Under the pieces are notes generated by a model. The model made no database searches and had not been told where the DNA came from. It saw only the letters and a program-made list of their open reading frames with translations. Shown here in pieces: positions 1 to 9,846 of a stretch of 64,000 nt of DNA. Origin of the DNA: Dehalococcoidia bacterium UBA5748 (GTDB taxonomy: Bacteria; Chloroflexota; Dehalococcoidia; Dehalococcoidales; UBA5627). Numbering within the stretch: position 1 is the stretch's first letter; the number at the start of each line of letters is the position of its first letter. Location of the stretch: contig DIFM01000041.1 in the NCBI GenBank assembly GCA_002419135.1, positions 35,130-99,129 on the forward strand, written 5' to 3'. Position numbers and translations under genes: made by a program.

Positions 1-277
1 ATTGCAGTCGCCACTCCGGTAGCGGTTCATCTACGGCGTTGTCAGGCCTATCGCCTTTGAATTTCTGATAAGAAAAGCATACTATCGGAACGCCGCTGTT
101 TTTTACGAGTTCGATAAAGCGGTCGGTTTCCGGAGATTCACCGGGTTCACGGCTGCAAAAGACGTAAGAAATGCGGGCGTTTTTTATTTGTCCGCTGGCT
201 ATACCATCCAAAGCAGTTTTAAATAGTTCCCTTGAACCTTTTCCTCTTCCGGTGGAAAACCAGCCGAATTGATACAT
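1..277 (-). CDS. Formyltransferase-fold protein (PurN-like), N-terminal part; the 3' end runs off the window
   Basis: Not in the ORF track because there is no stop in the window. A minus-strand ATG at 277-275 opens a frame reading MYQFGWFSTGRGKGSRELFKTALDGIASGQIKNARISYVFCSREPGESPETDRFIELVKNSGVPIVCFSY... The G-x-G-S plus beta-strand pattern resembles formyltransferase N-terminal domains. The start lies 1 nt downstream of the PHP gene stop. Confidence 0.4.
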   Translation of the reverse strand, partial: MYQFGWFSTGRGKGSRELFKTALDGIASGQIKNARISYVFCSREPGESPETDRFIELVKNSGVPIVCFSYQKFKGDRPDNAVDEPLPEWRLQ

Positions 278-278
278 T

Positions 279-926
279 TTATCTAAACCGTTTCATCAAT
301 TTATTTTTTACACTGAGAAGGTGAACAAACGGGCTGGAGGAGTGAGCGTTGATTTTCCCTTCATCCAGTGCGCTTAAAAATTCTTCTTTAACATTGAAAT
401 CGGGCATCTCTATAAAACTGGTTCCTATTTCGGATATTGAATGTGCATCGCTGCCTGCGCTTTGCCTCAAATTATTTCTTATGGCGAATTTAAGCGCCTG
501 CGTACGGTCCTGGAAGGCAAGCATTCTCCCGTTATGAACTTCGATTATATCAATATCTCGCTTAATAGCCTCAAGGTTTATTCCCTGAAATGCCGATGAA
601 CGGTACTTATCGAAAGGATGCGGAATACATACCAGTCCGTCCTGTGCCCTTATTCTTTTAATCGTCTCTTGCGGTGTTATTCCGCTGGGTATGGTTTCTT
701 TTAAAAACATTCCCATTATCTCTCCGTGAGGAGTAAGTATCTCTTCGGCTACGATTATTTTAAAAGGAGCTATTGCCTGTAATTTAAGTGCTCCTGCTGT
801 TGTGCCGTGGTCACACACTGCCAGACAGTTAATCCCTATTTTTAAACAACGTTTAATGATGTCATCCAGTGAGTTGTTGGAGTCGGGAGAATAGCAGGTA
901 TGAACGTGCAGGTCGGCTTTCAGCAT
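279..926 (-). CDS. PHP-family metal-dependent phosphoesterase
   Basis: 215 aa. N-terminal ADLHVHTCYSPDS (H-x-H) plus the later motifs CDHGT, IPHPF and GSDAHS are typical of the PHP domain. Confidence 0.75.
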   Translation of the reverse strand: MLKADLHVHTCYSPDSNNSLDDIIKRCLKIGINCLAVCDHGTTAGALKLQAIAPFKIIVAEEILTPHGEIMGMFLKETIPSGITPQETIKRIRAQDGLVCIPHPFDKYRSSAFQGINLEAIKRDIDIIEVHNGRMLAFQDRTQALKFAIRNNLRQSAGSDAHSISEIGTSFIEMPDFNVKEEFLSALDEGKINAHSSSPFVHLLSVKNKLMKRFR

Positions 927-1487
927 CTATCCGTTTTTCCTTTCCAGATAGGCCCCCGACCTGGTATCTACTTTAACAATATCTCCGATGTTGATAAATA
1001 AAGGTACCTGAACGCTAACTCCCGTTTCAAGCTTCGCCGGTTTTGTGCCTGCTGTTGCGGTATCACCTTTAAATCCGGGTTCCGTCTCGACGACTTCCAG
1101 CTCGACGGCGACGGGTATTTCGACAGAAAGTATCTTTTCTTTATAGCTGGAAACTTGCACATACATTCCCTCTTTAAGATAAGCAATCGAATCTCCCAGC
1201 TGTGATTCGTCCACAGTAATCTGCTCGAAGTTCTCGGTATCCATAAAGTGGTATAATTTTTCGTCGTTATAAAGATACTGCATATCACGTGTATCCAGGT
1301 GGGCTCTTACAAATTTATCATCCGATTGGAAGCTTTGTTCAATGGTATGTCCGGCTACGATATCACGAAGTTTTACATGCGCCAGGGCGGTCCTTTTCAT
1401 TTTTATATGCTTGTAATCTATAACCTGATACAACTTATCATTTAATACAATAACTACACCTTTTCTTAATTCCGAACCGCTTAACAT
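927..1487 (-). CDS. efp: Translation elongation factor P
   Basis: 186 aa, collinear with bacterial EF-P over its full length (e.g. YLYNDEKLYHFMDTENFEQ, EPGFKGDTATAGTKPAKLETG, VPLFINIGDIVKVDTRSG). The loop that normally reads KPGKG reads KMKRTA here. Confidence 0.9.
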   Translation of the reverse strand: MLSGSELRKGVVIVLNDKLYQVIDYKHIKMKRTALAHVKLRDIVAGHTIEQSFQSDDKFVRAHLDTRDMQYLYNDEKLYHFMDTENFEQITVDESQLGDSIAYLKEGMYVQVSSYKEKILSVEIPVAVELEVVETEPGFKGDTATAGTKPAKLETGVSVQVPLFINIGDIVKVDTRSGAYLERKNG

Positions 1488-1503
1488 ATAATCTCCTGAT
1501 TAA

Positions 1504-2574
1504 CTATTTTGTCGACTTTGAAATTACGCTTATTTTACCATTTTTTACCATAACTGTATCCTCTATTCTGACTCCTCCCCACCCGGCTAAATAAATGCCC
1601 GGTTCTATGGTAAAAGCCATGTTCTCAGTCAGAATATCACCGGAAATGCGATGAAGATTGGGTTTTTCATGTGCTGCCAGACCGATTCCATGTCCAAGGC
1701 TATGCCCAAATGCTTCGCCGTATCCCGCTTCTTCGATGATGCTCCTGGCAAATTTATCGGCTTCTGCCCCGGTTGTTCCGTCGACAATCTTAGTAATGGC
1801 ATTCAACTGGGCTTCCAGCACAATCCGGTATATATTGTTAAAAGTGTTGTCTGGCTTTCCGATACACAGCGTTCTGGTTACATCACTACAATAACCCTCT
1901 ACTTTGGCACCGAAATCGATAACTATCGGTTCACCTTCTTGTATTACCCGCCCGGAAGGTTGAGCATGCGGTAATGCCGCATTGGGACCGGAGCCCACAA
2001 TTATCTCAAAAGGAATGGATTGGCTACCGGCTTCGCGCAGAGATTTTTCCAGTTCCCATGCAACATCGAGTTCTGTCATTCCGGCATGGATAATTTCCTC
2101 AATATGTTTGAACGATTTATCGCTGATTTCTGCGGCATGTTCGATACAAGCCATTTCTTCGGTGTCTTTTACCATCCTGATTGTTTCAACGGCGTCAGTT
2201 AAAGGTGTCAATTCTAATTTTATCCCGGCTTTGTCAATTGCAGATAAAAAGTTTTGATATCTCTCAAAAGTAATATCACCGGATTCGAATCCGAGTTTTT
2301 TGATCTTAAGTCCATCAATTATTTCCGGAAACCATTTATCGGTACTGCCTGAAATCCGGAATAGGGTATAAGCCGGTGCCTGCCCTTTAACCTGCTCGAC
2401 ATAACGAAAATCAGTAGCCAGTACCAGGCTGTTATACGTTATAAAAAGATAGCCGGCTGAGCCGCTGAAGCCGGAAAGGTAATACCTGTTTTCAGGTCGG
2501 GATATTAAAATTGCATCTATATTCTTTTCCTTGAGTATCTGTCTAAGCTCGGTTATCCTCTTGTCTATTTTCAT
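1504..2574 (-). CDS. Xaa-Pro aminopeptidase / M24 family peptidase
   Basis: M24 pita-bread motifs VIDFGAKVEGYCSDVTRT, GHSLGHGIGLAAHE and FTIEPGIY...VRIEDTV. The track ORF extends to 2646, but the first 24 codons lie inside the xerC/D 3' end. The internal Met (MKIDKRITELR, ATG at 2574-2572) is the more likely start. Confidence 0.85.
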   Translation of the reverse strand: MKIDKRITELRQILKEKNIDAILISRPENRYYLSGFSGSAGYLFITYNSLVLATDFRYVEQVKGQAPAYTLFRISGSTDKWFPEIIDGLKIKKLGFESGDITFERYQNFLSAIDKAGIKLELTPLTDAVETIRMVKDTEEMACIEHAAEISDKSFKHIEEIIHAGMTELDVAWELEKSLREAGSQSIPFEIIVGSGPNAALPHAQPSGRVIQEGEPIVIDFGAKVEGYCSDVTRTLCIGKPDNTFNNIYRIVLEAQLNAITKIVDGTTGAEADKFARSIIEEAGYGEAFGHSLGHGIGLAAHEKPNLHRISGDILTENMAFTIEPGIYLAGWGGVRIEDTVMVKNGKISVISKSTK

Positions 2575-3508
2575 CAATATTCCTTTCTGATTTTGCCATC
2601 GGATGGGCTGCAAGATATACCTTGCGAGCCTGTCCGTGTGTGACATGGGTATAAATCTGCGTAGTTGACAGGTTTGAATGTCCTAAAAGTTCCTGCACCA
2701 CTCTCAGGTCAGCACCGCCATCGAGCATATGTGTGGCAAAGGTATGCCGCAACAGGTGTGGATGTACATCTTTTTCAATACCTGCCAAACCGGCATATTT
2801 GTGCATAAGCAGCTGTACCATACGCTCGGTAAGCCTGTTGCCATCCCGGTTTAGAAACAGGGCACCGCCTCCGGTCCTCTTTACCTGTAATTTAGGTCTA
2901 CCGTTGCGTAAATAATTAACGATGGCTGTGGCGGCATGTTCGCCCATTAGAACCATGCGTTCCTTGGAGCCTTTGCCCCAGACGCGTATTTCGTGGCTTT
3001 CGGTGTTTATATTATCAATATTTAAGTTAACCAGTTCGCTTACACGTAAACCGGAAGCGTATATCAGTTCTATCAGGGCGCGATCGCGTAAGCCTTGCGG
3101 AGTGGACAAATCAGGAGCCTTCAATAATTTTACAACCTCTTCGATTGTTAAAAATTCAGGTAAACGCTTATCCAGCTTGGGGGAAACGGATTGTTCAAGC
3201 GGGTTTGTATCCAATATTTTCTCTCTGGAAAGGTAGCGATAAAAAGAGCGGATAGCCGAAAGCTTACGGGCAATGCTGGCTTTGGCTACACCCTGATTGG
3301 CTAAATATGCCAGATACTCGCGTAATACCCACTTATCAGCCTTGTCCAACGATTCTATTTTTTTCATACGTAAAAACTGGAAAAAGCCTTTTTCCGTACC
3401 GCGCTTGGAATTGCCGATCAGGTCGCTGGTATAGTTGCGCACCGTATAAGGCGATACGTTGCGTTCAGCTACCAGGTAATTAATATACCTGTTAAAAACT
3501 TCCTGCAT
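2543..3508 (-). CDS. xerC: Tyrosine site-specific recombinase XerC/XerD family
   Basis: 321 aa. An N-terminal SAM-like core-binding domain is followed by the catalytic motifs ASGLRVSEL, HLLRHTFATHML and GHSNLSTTQIYTHV (catalytic Tyr). Confidence 0.85.
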   Translation of the reverse strand: MQEVFNRYINYLVAERNVSPYTVRNYTSDLIGNSKRGTEKGFFQFLRMKKIESLDKADKWVLREYLAYLANQGVAKASIARKLSAIRSFYRYLSREKILDTNPLEQSVSPKLDKRLPEFLTIEEVVKLLKAPDLSTPQGLRDRALIELIYASGLRVSELVNLNIDNINTESHEIRVWGKGSKERMVLMGEHAATAIVNYLRNGRPKLQVKRTGGGALFLNRDGNRLTERMVQLLMHKYAGLAGIEKDVHPHLLRHTFATHMLDGGADLRVVQELLGHSNLSTTQIYTHVTHGQARKVYLAAHPMAKSERNIDENRQEDNRA

Positions 3509-3513
3509 TGATA

Positions 3514-5616
3514 TTAATCCTGCTGGAGTTTATTTTTGTAATCGCATTTGGTGCATTTACCCCACTTGCTTCTATATACTGTTACCAGTCCGCCGCACTT
3601 CGGGCAGGGTGGGGGCAAAGGCTTTGTGTTTATAGCAAAGGTACACTTCGGGTAATTGCTACAACCGTAAAAGGTGCGTTTCTTTTTACTGCGCTTTTCA
3701 ATGATATCTGCATCGCATTCAGGGCATTTGGCGCCGGTCTTAATTTTAAATGAGCTGGTGTATTTACAATCTGGATATCCGCTGCATGCCAAAAATTTGC
3801 CGAAACGTCCTACTTTTACAACAACCGGTTTATCGCATAAAGGGCATTTTTCGTCGGTTTCTTCGTCTGCCAGTTTTACCTTCTCTATAGCTTCGGCAGC
3901 TTTCTGAAGATCGACATTAAACGGCTCGTAAAACTCTTTTACTACCTCTATCCAGTCCCTGTCTCCAGCGGCAATTTTATCCAGGTCGTTTTCAAGATGA
4001 GCCGTGAAATCTATATTTACGATGTTGGAAAAATGCTGAAAAAGTAAATCATTAACAATAATGCCCAGTTCGGTCGGTTTAAAGCTGCCGCCGGGTTTGG
4101 TGACATATTCGCGGTCCTGAATAGTGGACAAAATAGGGGCATAAGTGCTCGGGCGTCCGATACCCCATTGTTCAAGCATTTTAATCAGCGTCGCTTCAGT
4201 ATAGCGTGATGGCGGTTTAGTAAAATGCTGGTCGTCAAAAAGATTTAAAAGTTTTAGAGTATCGCCTTTTACCATCTGCGGCAGTACAGGTGATTTCTCT
4301 TCCTCATCATCGTCTTTTTTTTCACTGTAAAGAATAATAAAACCGGGGAACACATTGACTGAACTGGTTGCTCTAAGAAGGTATTTATTTTTAGATAGGC
4401 TGCATTTGGCGTCGATATCAACAGTTGTGTTTTCAAAGGAAGCTGCTGCCATTTGGCTTGCTACCATCCTTTGCCATATCAGGTTATATATCTTATATTG
4501 TGTCGCATTAAGGTACTGCTTAATTGAAGCAGGAGTCCGCCACGCTTTGGTCGGACGAATTGCCTCGTGAGCTTCCTGGGCGCCCTTTACTTTACGGAAA
4601 AAAGAACGGGCGTGAGCAGGCAAGTAATCCGCTCCGTATTTTTCAGAAATGTAATTTCTTACTTCCGTCAGTGCTGACGGAGCGACATGCGTCGAATCTG
4701 TTCTCATATATGTAATCAGACCGACGTTACCTTCATTTCCTACAGGTAAACCTTCGTAAAGCTGCTGTGCCGTAGCCATAGTCATTTTTGCTGTAAAACG
4801 AAAACGTCTCCATGCTTCCTGCTGCAAAGTGCTGGTAATGAACGGAGGCGCCGGTTGTCTTGGTGCTTTCTTTATATCCACCTTACTGACGCTGTAAGCA
4901 GCATTTCCCAAATCTGACTTGATTGCCGTCGCTTCATCCCGGTTTTTAATTTCTGCTTTATTACTGTCTGAGGTTTTTACCAGTAATGCACGGAAAGAGT
5001 TGCTCTTTTCTTTTGTATCTTTCAGTAATTCCGCTTCTATAGTCCAGTATTCAACAGGAACAAATTTTTCAATTTCGCGTTCGCGGTCTACAATAATTTT
5101 TACAGCTACGGATTGTACTCTTCCTGCCGATAATCCTTTTCTGACTTTGCGCCATAACAGAGGGCTTAGTTTGTAACCGACCAGCCTGTCAAGTATTCGG
5201 CGTGTCTGCTGCGCATTTACCAGTTGCATATCGATTTCGCGGGGGGATTTAAAGGCATTTGTGATTGCTTCCTGTGTTATTTCATGGAAAGTGACACGAC
5301 GATATTTTACATCCTTTAGTTTAATAGCCTCGAAAAGATGCCACGCAATGGCTTCCCCCTCACGGTCGGGGTCAGTCGCCAGATATACGGTAGAAGCCGT
5401 CTTAGCGGCATCCTTGAGATCTTTTACGGTTTTATTTTTAGCTCTGGCAACAACGTATTTGGGTTCGAAATTATTTTCGATATCAACGCCCAAACGGCTT
5501 TTCGGCAAGTCCCTGACATGCCCCAGAGAAGCCTTGATTGTATATCCTCTACCCAAAATCTTGGAAAGAGTTTTTGCTTTGGCCGGTGATTCTACTATTA
5601 CAAGGTTGTTTTTCAT
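3514..5616 (-). CDS. topA: DNA topoisomerase I
   Basis: 700 aa. TOPRIM motifs LVIVESPAKAKTL and TDPDREGEAIAWH, active-site region ITYMRTDS, and several C-terminal Cys4 zinc ribbons (CPLCDKP...C, CPECDAD...C, CPKCGG...C). Confidence 0.95.
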   Translation of the reverse strand: MKNNLVIVESPAKAKTLSKILGRGYTIKASLGHVRDLPKSRLGVDIENNFEPKYVVARAKNKTVKDLKDAAKTASTVYLATDPDREGEAIAWHLFEAIKLKDVKYRRVTFHEITQEAITNAFKSPREIDMQLVNAQQTRRILDRLVGYKLSPLLWRKVRKGLSAGRVQSVAVKIIVDREREIEKFVPVEYWTIEAELLKDTKEKSNSFRALLVKTSDSNKAEIKNRDEATAIKSDLGNAAYSVSKVDIKKAPRQPAPPFITSTLQQEAWRRFRFTAKMTMATAQQLYEGLPVGNEGNVGLITYMRTDSTHVAPSALTEVRNYISEKYGADYLPAHARSFFRKVKGAQEAHEAIRPTKAWRTPASIKQYLNATQYKIYNLIWQRMVASQMAAASFENTTVDIDAKCSLSKNKYLLRATSSVNVFPGFIILYSEKKDDDEEEKSPVLPQMVKGDTLKLLNLFDDQHFTKPPSRYTEATLIKMLEQWGIGRPSTYAPILSTIQDREYVTKPGGSFKPTELGIIVNDLLFQHFSNIVNIDFTAHLENDLDKIAAGDRDWIEVVKEFYEPFNVDLQKAAEAIEKVKLADEETDEKCPLCDKPVVVKVGRFGKFLACSGYPDCKYTSSFKIKTGAKCPECDADIIEKRSKKKRTFYGCSNYPKCTFAINTKPLPPPCPKCGGLVTVYRSKWGKCTKCDYKNKLQQD

Positions 5617-6756
5617 TTAATTAATCTCAATCTTATAGAATTCTTTATTTTCGCGTATTTCGTGGCAAAGAGCATAACTCATTGTCGCTACTTGTTTTAC
5701 CATACCTTTAAGTTCCATCATAGCCAGTGTACTGCTGATAACGGATATCGGAAAACCGCTGGCACGACAGATTTCATCCACATGGGCAGGCTCGGATCCC
5801 AGTTGCTTGAGAATTACTGCTTCAGTATCCGAAGCGGGAATGATTTCTTTAGCTTCGATATGTTCTGTAATGGCGGTTAAATTAAGTTCCTGTAGAATAT
5901 CCGATGCATTGCGTACAAGCCTGGCTGTGCCTTCCATAATCAGTTTATTTGTACCAATGCTTGCCGGAGACAAGACACTTCCGGGAATGGAAAATACCTC
6001 GCGGTCCTGTTCGAATGCCAGATGTGCCGTAATCAGAGAGCCGCTGGTTTCTCCGGCTTCTACTACAAGTACACCCAGGCACAACCCGCTCATTATGCGG
6101 TTGCGGCGGGGAAAGTTCTCTGGTCGGGGTTTTGTACCGGCAGCATATTCACTTATCATAGCTCCGTTTTTAATAACCTGGCGTGCCAGATTGGCATTTT
6201 CTGCCGGATAGACGCTATCAAGTCCGCCCCCCATTACTGCAATGGTTCTGCCGCCGGCATTCAGCGCAGAACGGTGAGCGATTGTATCAATACCTTTAGC
6301 CAAACCGCTGACGATGGTTATCCTGTTCTTTGCCAATTCTGATACTATTTCTTCGGTTAACTGCCGCCCATAAACGCTGGGATTTCTGGTGCCGACTACC
6401 GCCAGACAATACTCATCCTCGGCAAGTATTTCCCCTCTGATATAAATTACAGGTGGAAAATCGTGTATCTCTTTAAGACGGTACGGATAATCCTTATCGT
6501 GGTAATTAAATGCTTTTATATTATGCTTTTCCAGTTTTTCCAACTCGGTATCAAGCGATATCTTGGGTCTCCATTTTGCAATGGAGTTGACTGTATTATC
6601 ATCAAGCCCGGCTTTTTTAAACTCGTCGATACCGGCATTCCAAGCTTTTTCAATATCGCCGAAGTAGTTTTCAATCCGGGTAAACTTTACTCTGCCGATG
6701 CCCGCAATCAGATTAAAACCTATCCAGTATTTGTTTTTTTCATTCTTGGTTGTCAA
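5617..6756 (-). CDS. dprA: DNA-processing protein DprA
   Basis: 379 aa with GTRNPSVYG and VSGLAKGIDTIAHRSAL motifs. It sits directly upstream of topA with a 0-nt gap, a common dprA-topA synteny. Confidence 0.85.
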   Translation of the reverse strand: MTTKNEKNKYWIGFNLIAGIGRVKFTRIENYFGDIEKAWNAGIDEFKKAGLDDNTVNSIAKWRPKISLDTELEKLEKHNIKAFNYHDKDYPYRLKEIHDFPPVIYIRGEILAEDEYCLAVVGTRNPSVYGRQLTEEIVSELAKNRITIVSGLAKGIDTIAHRSALNAGGRTIAVMGGGLDSVYPAENANLARQVIKNGAMISEYAAGTKPRPENFPRRNRIMSGLCLGVLVVEAGETSGSLITAHLAFEQDREVFSIPGSVLSPASIGTNKLIMEGTARLVRNASDILQELNLTAITEHIEAKEIIPASDTEAVILKQLGSEPAHVDEICRASGFPISVISSTLAMMELKGMVKQVATMSYALCHEIRENKEFYKIEIN

Positions 6757-6854
6757 AACGCTATCATTCTAGCATAATAATAAATAATAATGAAAAAGAT
6801 AGCTTGAAAATTAAGTGTATAATTAAAAGAATCTGTTGAAGATGTTGGGGGAAA

Positions 6855-6944
<90 letters not shown>

Positions 6945-7034
6945 AAATCGGCCTCATAGAAAAAATGAATCCCGAATATTGTAGTATATTTTGTGTTTTA
7001 ATTCCAGTTACGACAGCGGAAGGATTAGAACGGA

Positions 7035-7124
7035 TGGCGGAGAGGGTGGGATTCGAACCCACGCTTCACTTACGTGAAGACCGCTTTTCGAGAGCGGCAC
7101 CATGAACCACTCGGACACCTCTCC
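7035..7124 (-). tRNA. tRNA-Ser (anticodon CGA), CCA encoded
   Basis: The reverse complement reads GGAGAGG..CCGCT-CTCGAAA-AGCGG..long variable arm..GTGGGTTCGAATCCCAC-CCTCTCC-G-CCA. Its acceptor and T-arm are identical to those of the neighbouring tRNA-Ser. Confidence 0.9.
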
Positions 7125-7464
7125 AACTGTCTAAAATAAAGCTAAAATGGGATAATTTACAGACGATTTACAATTGACATAAAGTACTTTTGCGAACATG
7201 AGAATAAATACTGCTAACAGATAGCTCGGTTCTGCTAACAATCAATTCACTATTAATCATCGGGATTATTATACTGGGTAGAGATTACCTCGTCAAAAAG
7301 ATTGATTAGTATTCTAAGAAATAAAAAGGGATGGATATGTAAGCTATTTTCAATATTAATTTAAAAAAACAGCGATAATGGGCGAAAACATCCGACATCT
7401 TTTAATCTATAAATATGCTGTTGTATACTTACTCTAATTAGAAATTACATAAGCGGTAAATATA

Positions 7465-8541
7465 ATGGCTATGGTCGATATTATAGAATGTTTAAAAAAA
7501 ATGGTTGCGCTTAGAGCGTCTGATCTTCATATAAAAGCGCCTACCGGACCTATATATAGAATCGATGGATATCTGTGTAAGTGTGAAGATGGAGAAATAA
7601 CAGCTGAAGACGTAGAGGCCGCCTTTAGCAGTATTACATCAGAAAAGCAGAAGGCTGAGTTTTATAAAAATCTGGAATTAGATTTTAGCTATTCGATACC
7701 GGGTGTAGCGCGTTATCGTATAAATGTTGAAAGCCAGAGGGGAACTTTGTCTCTTGCAATACGGATGATTCCTTTTCAAGTTCCTACAATAGAGGAGTTG
7801 CAGCTACCGGATATTTTGAAAGATTTAATAATGAAACCCCGTGGATTAATTGTTGTCTCCGGTCCGACAGGCTCGGGTAAATCGACAACGTTAGCTGCAA
7901 TGATAGACCATGTAAATAATCATGGTAATCGGTCAATCATCACAATTGAAGACCCGATTGAGTACGTTTTTGCTGATAATAATTGCGTTATACTTCAAAG
8001 AGAGTTAGGTGTTGATACCAGGTCTTTTCCGGATGCTTTACGCAGTGCCCTGCGACATGACCCGGATGTAATAGTGGTAGGTGAGATGCGTGACTATGAT
8101 ACAGTATCAACAGTGATAGCTGCGGCTGAAACCGGACATTTAGTGCTTGGAACATTGCACACAATCGATGCCCCACAAGCGGTTGATAGATTGGTGGATT
8201 TGTTCCCGCCTTCTCAGCAGCGTCAGGTTCGAGTTCAGTTTTCTCAAATTATAGAAGCTGTAGTCTGCCAAACACTTCTACCAAAAGCTTGCGGGCATGA
8301 CCGCATTGCTGCATTTGAAATTATGTTGGTTAATGACGCAATTAGAAACCAAATACGTGAAGGTAGGACGTTTGAATTGCATAATACAATGCAGATGAAT
8401 ATGCTAAATGGGATGATGTTATTGGATATTGATTTGGCGAGGCTTGTTAATGAGGATATAGTAAAAAAGGATGTAGCAGTAACAAAATGCTCAAACAGGG
8501 AAAGGCTAGAGCGGTTGGTGAAGCAAAAATCTGTTTTCTGA
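7465..8541 (+). CDS. pilT: PilT-family type IV pilus retraction ATPase
   Basis: 358 aa with Walker A GPTGSGKST, Walker B DVIVVGEMRD and His box GHLVLGTLHT. No other pilus genes are in the window. Confidence 0.85.
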   Translation: MAMVDIIECLKKMVALRASDLHIKAPTGPIYRIDGYLCKCEDGEITAEDVEAAFSSITSEKQKAEFYKNLELDFSYSIPGVARYRINVESQRGTLSLAIRMIPFQVPTIEELQLPDILKDLIMKPRGLIVVSGPTGSGKSTTLAAMIDHVNNHGNRSIITIEDPIEYVFADNNCVILQRELGVDTRSFPDALRSALRHDPDVIVVGEMRDYDTVSTVIAAAETGHLVLGTLHTIDAPQAVDRLVDLFPPSQQRQVRVQFSQIIEAVVCQTLLPKACGHDRIAAFEIMLVNDAIRNQIREGRTFELHNTMQMNMLNGMMLLDIDLARLVNEDIVKKDVAVTKCSNRERLERLVKQKSVF

Positions 8542-8753
8542 ATGTATTTTTTGTTATTTTCTTAGTAATATCGTTAACTTTATCTAATTGAACTCCATAT
8601 CCGGAGCGTCAGATCTATGGAAAACCGGGTTTAAAACCAGCCAATACTCCGACTGCAAGGTCGTCGGAAGTTTATTTTTTAAGCATTGTTTTGCAAGAAT
8701 AAACTCCGCAATGATGTAATGAAATTATCATCAATTCGTAACAGGTTTATGAT

Positions 8754-9701
8754 TTATTCTTGAGGTCTTTCATAGGAAACGCTTATCATATCTTGTTTCC
8801 CCCAAACACCGACGATTATTTTAAATTTAAAATCATCAATGACACCACTCATTCTGGTACTGGGACCGCTATATTCCTGTACAACGGTTTCTTTATAATC
8901 CTGCGTTTCACCGTAAAGTTCACGGTAGTAGTTTACAGCTTCTTCATACGAACCGGTATGGCTGAACATTTTAGAAGCCATTATAGTTCCATTTGGAGGA
9001 TTACTGGTACATGCATAGTGTTCGTCCCACATATCTCCCAATTTATACGGGTTTAAAAGTGATTCCGGGAAGTCGGTATGGAACGGATTACTCGTTATAT
9101 TAAGAGTATTGGGTAGAAGTACTGATAAGTAAACTATATTCTCACCGCTCCAGTAATCCCAGCGTGCATCCACCTCATAGCCATTAACAGTTCCCTTAGC
9201 ATCCCAAAAAGATGATTCCTCATTCGTGTCGAGAAGCGCGGTATAATACTCGGCTATTTCCTTTTGAGTTTTGTCGGTAACATAAACAACGTTATAAGTA
9301 TTAGTAAAATGCCCGGTATTATTATAGGCTGGAAACATAATATCGAATGAACAGCTATCTATGGCGAGCTTGCCGTATAAAGGCCAGATATCTTCGGGGT
9401 ATCCGCCCAGCAGATAGCCCCGATAATGGCTATAGGGGTCGGTCGAGGTTGTTGCGCTTGATGTTGTGGATGCTATAGTTGTATCGGTGGTGATAATGGC
9501 AGGAGTAACTGTTATTGTTGTCGGATGAGTTACGGTTACTGTAGTAGGGATCGATAAGGTAGTGGTAATTGTATCGGTTATTCTTTCCGTACTTGTGAGA
9601 GTAATAGTTTCCGGAGTGGGTTCACTGCAGCCTGGCAATACAGATATCACGATTAATAATGCCAAAATAACTGATGTCCATATGTACTTATGCTTATTCA
9701 T
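8754..9701 (-). CDS. Lipoprotein of unknown function with a Thr-rich linker
   Basis: 315 aa. Signal peptide plus lipobox (VLPGC), a long T/I/S-rich low-complexity linker, then a globular domain I do not recognise. Confidence 0.6.
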   Translation of the reverse strand: MNKHKYIWTSVILALLIVISVLPGCSEPTPETITLTSTERITDTITTTLSIPTTVTVTHPTTITVTPAIITTDTTIASTTSSATTSTDPYSHYRGYLLGGYPEDIWPLYGKLAIDSCSFDIMFPAYNNTGHFTNTYNVVYVTDKTQKEIAEYYTALLDTNEESSFWDAKGTVNGYEVDARWDYWSGENIVYLSVLLPNTLNITSNPFHTDFPESLLNPYKLGDMWDEHYACTSNPPNGTIMASKMFSHTGSYEEAVNYYRELYGETQDYKETVVQEYSGPSTRMSGVIDDFKFKIIVGVWGKQDMISVSYERPQE

Positions 9702-9846
9702 ATGAAAGTTCTCCTGAAGACTTATAGAAACATAAAGGTCAAGACGCTACTTATCCTTATATGACGGGATATTATATCAAAAATATCTACTTGGCGTAAA
9801 ATCATGTTTCGGGATAAACTATCAATGGGCGTTAATACGATAATGC

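Noticed and set aside
1504-2646. A 24-codon N-terminal extension of the M24 peptidase ORF (MSHTDRLARYILQPIRWQNQKGIL...).
   Set aside because: The extension lies entirely within the 3' end of the xerC/D gene and does not resemble M24 N-termini. The internal Met at 2574 gives the typical MKIDKRITELR... start.
7211-7240. The 9-nt direct repeat CTGCTAACA, present twice with 21-nt periodicity upstream of pilT, considered as a possible response-regulator operator.
   Set aside because: By rough arithmetic, several 9-mer repeats at such short distance are expected by chance in 64 kb, and there is no supporting context.
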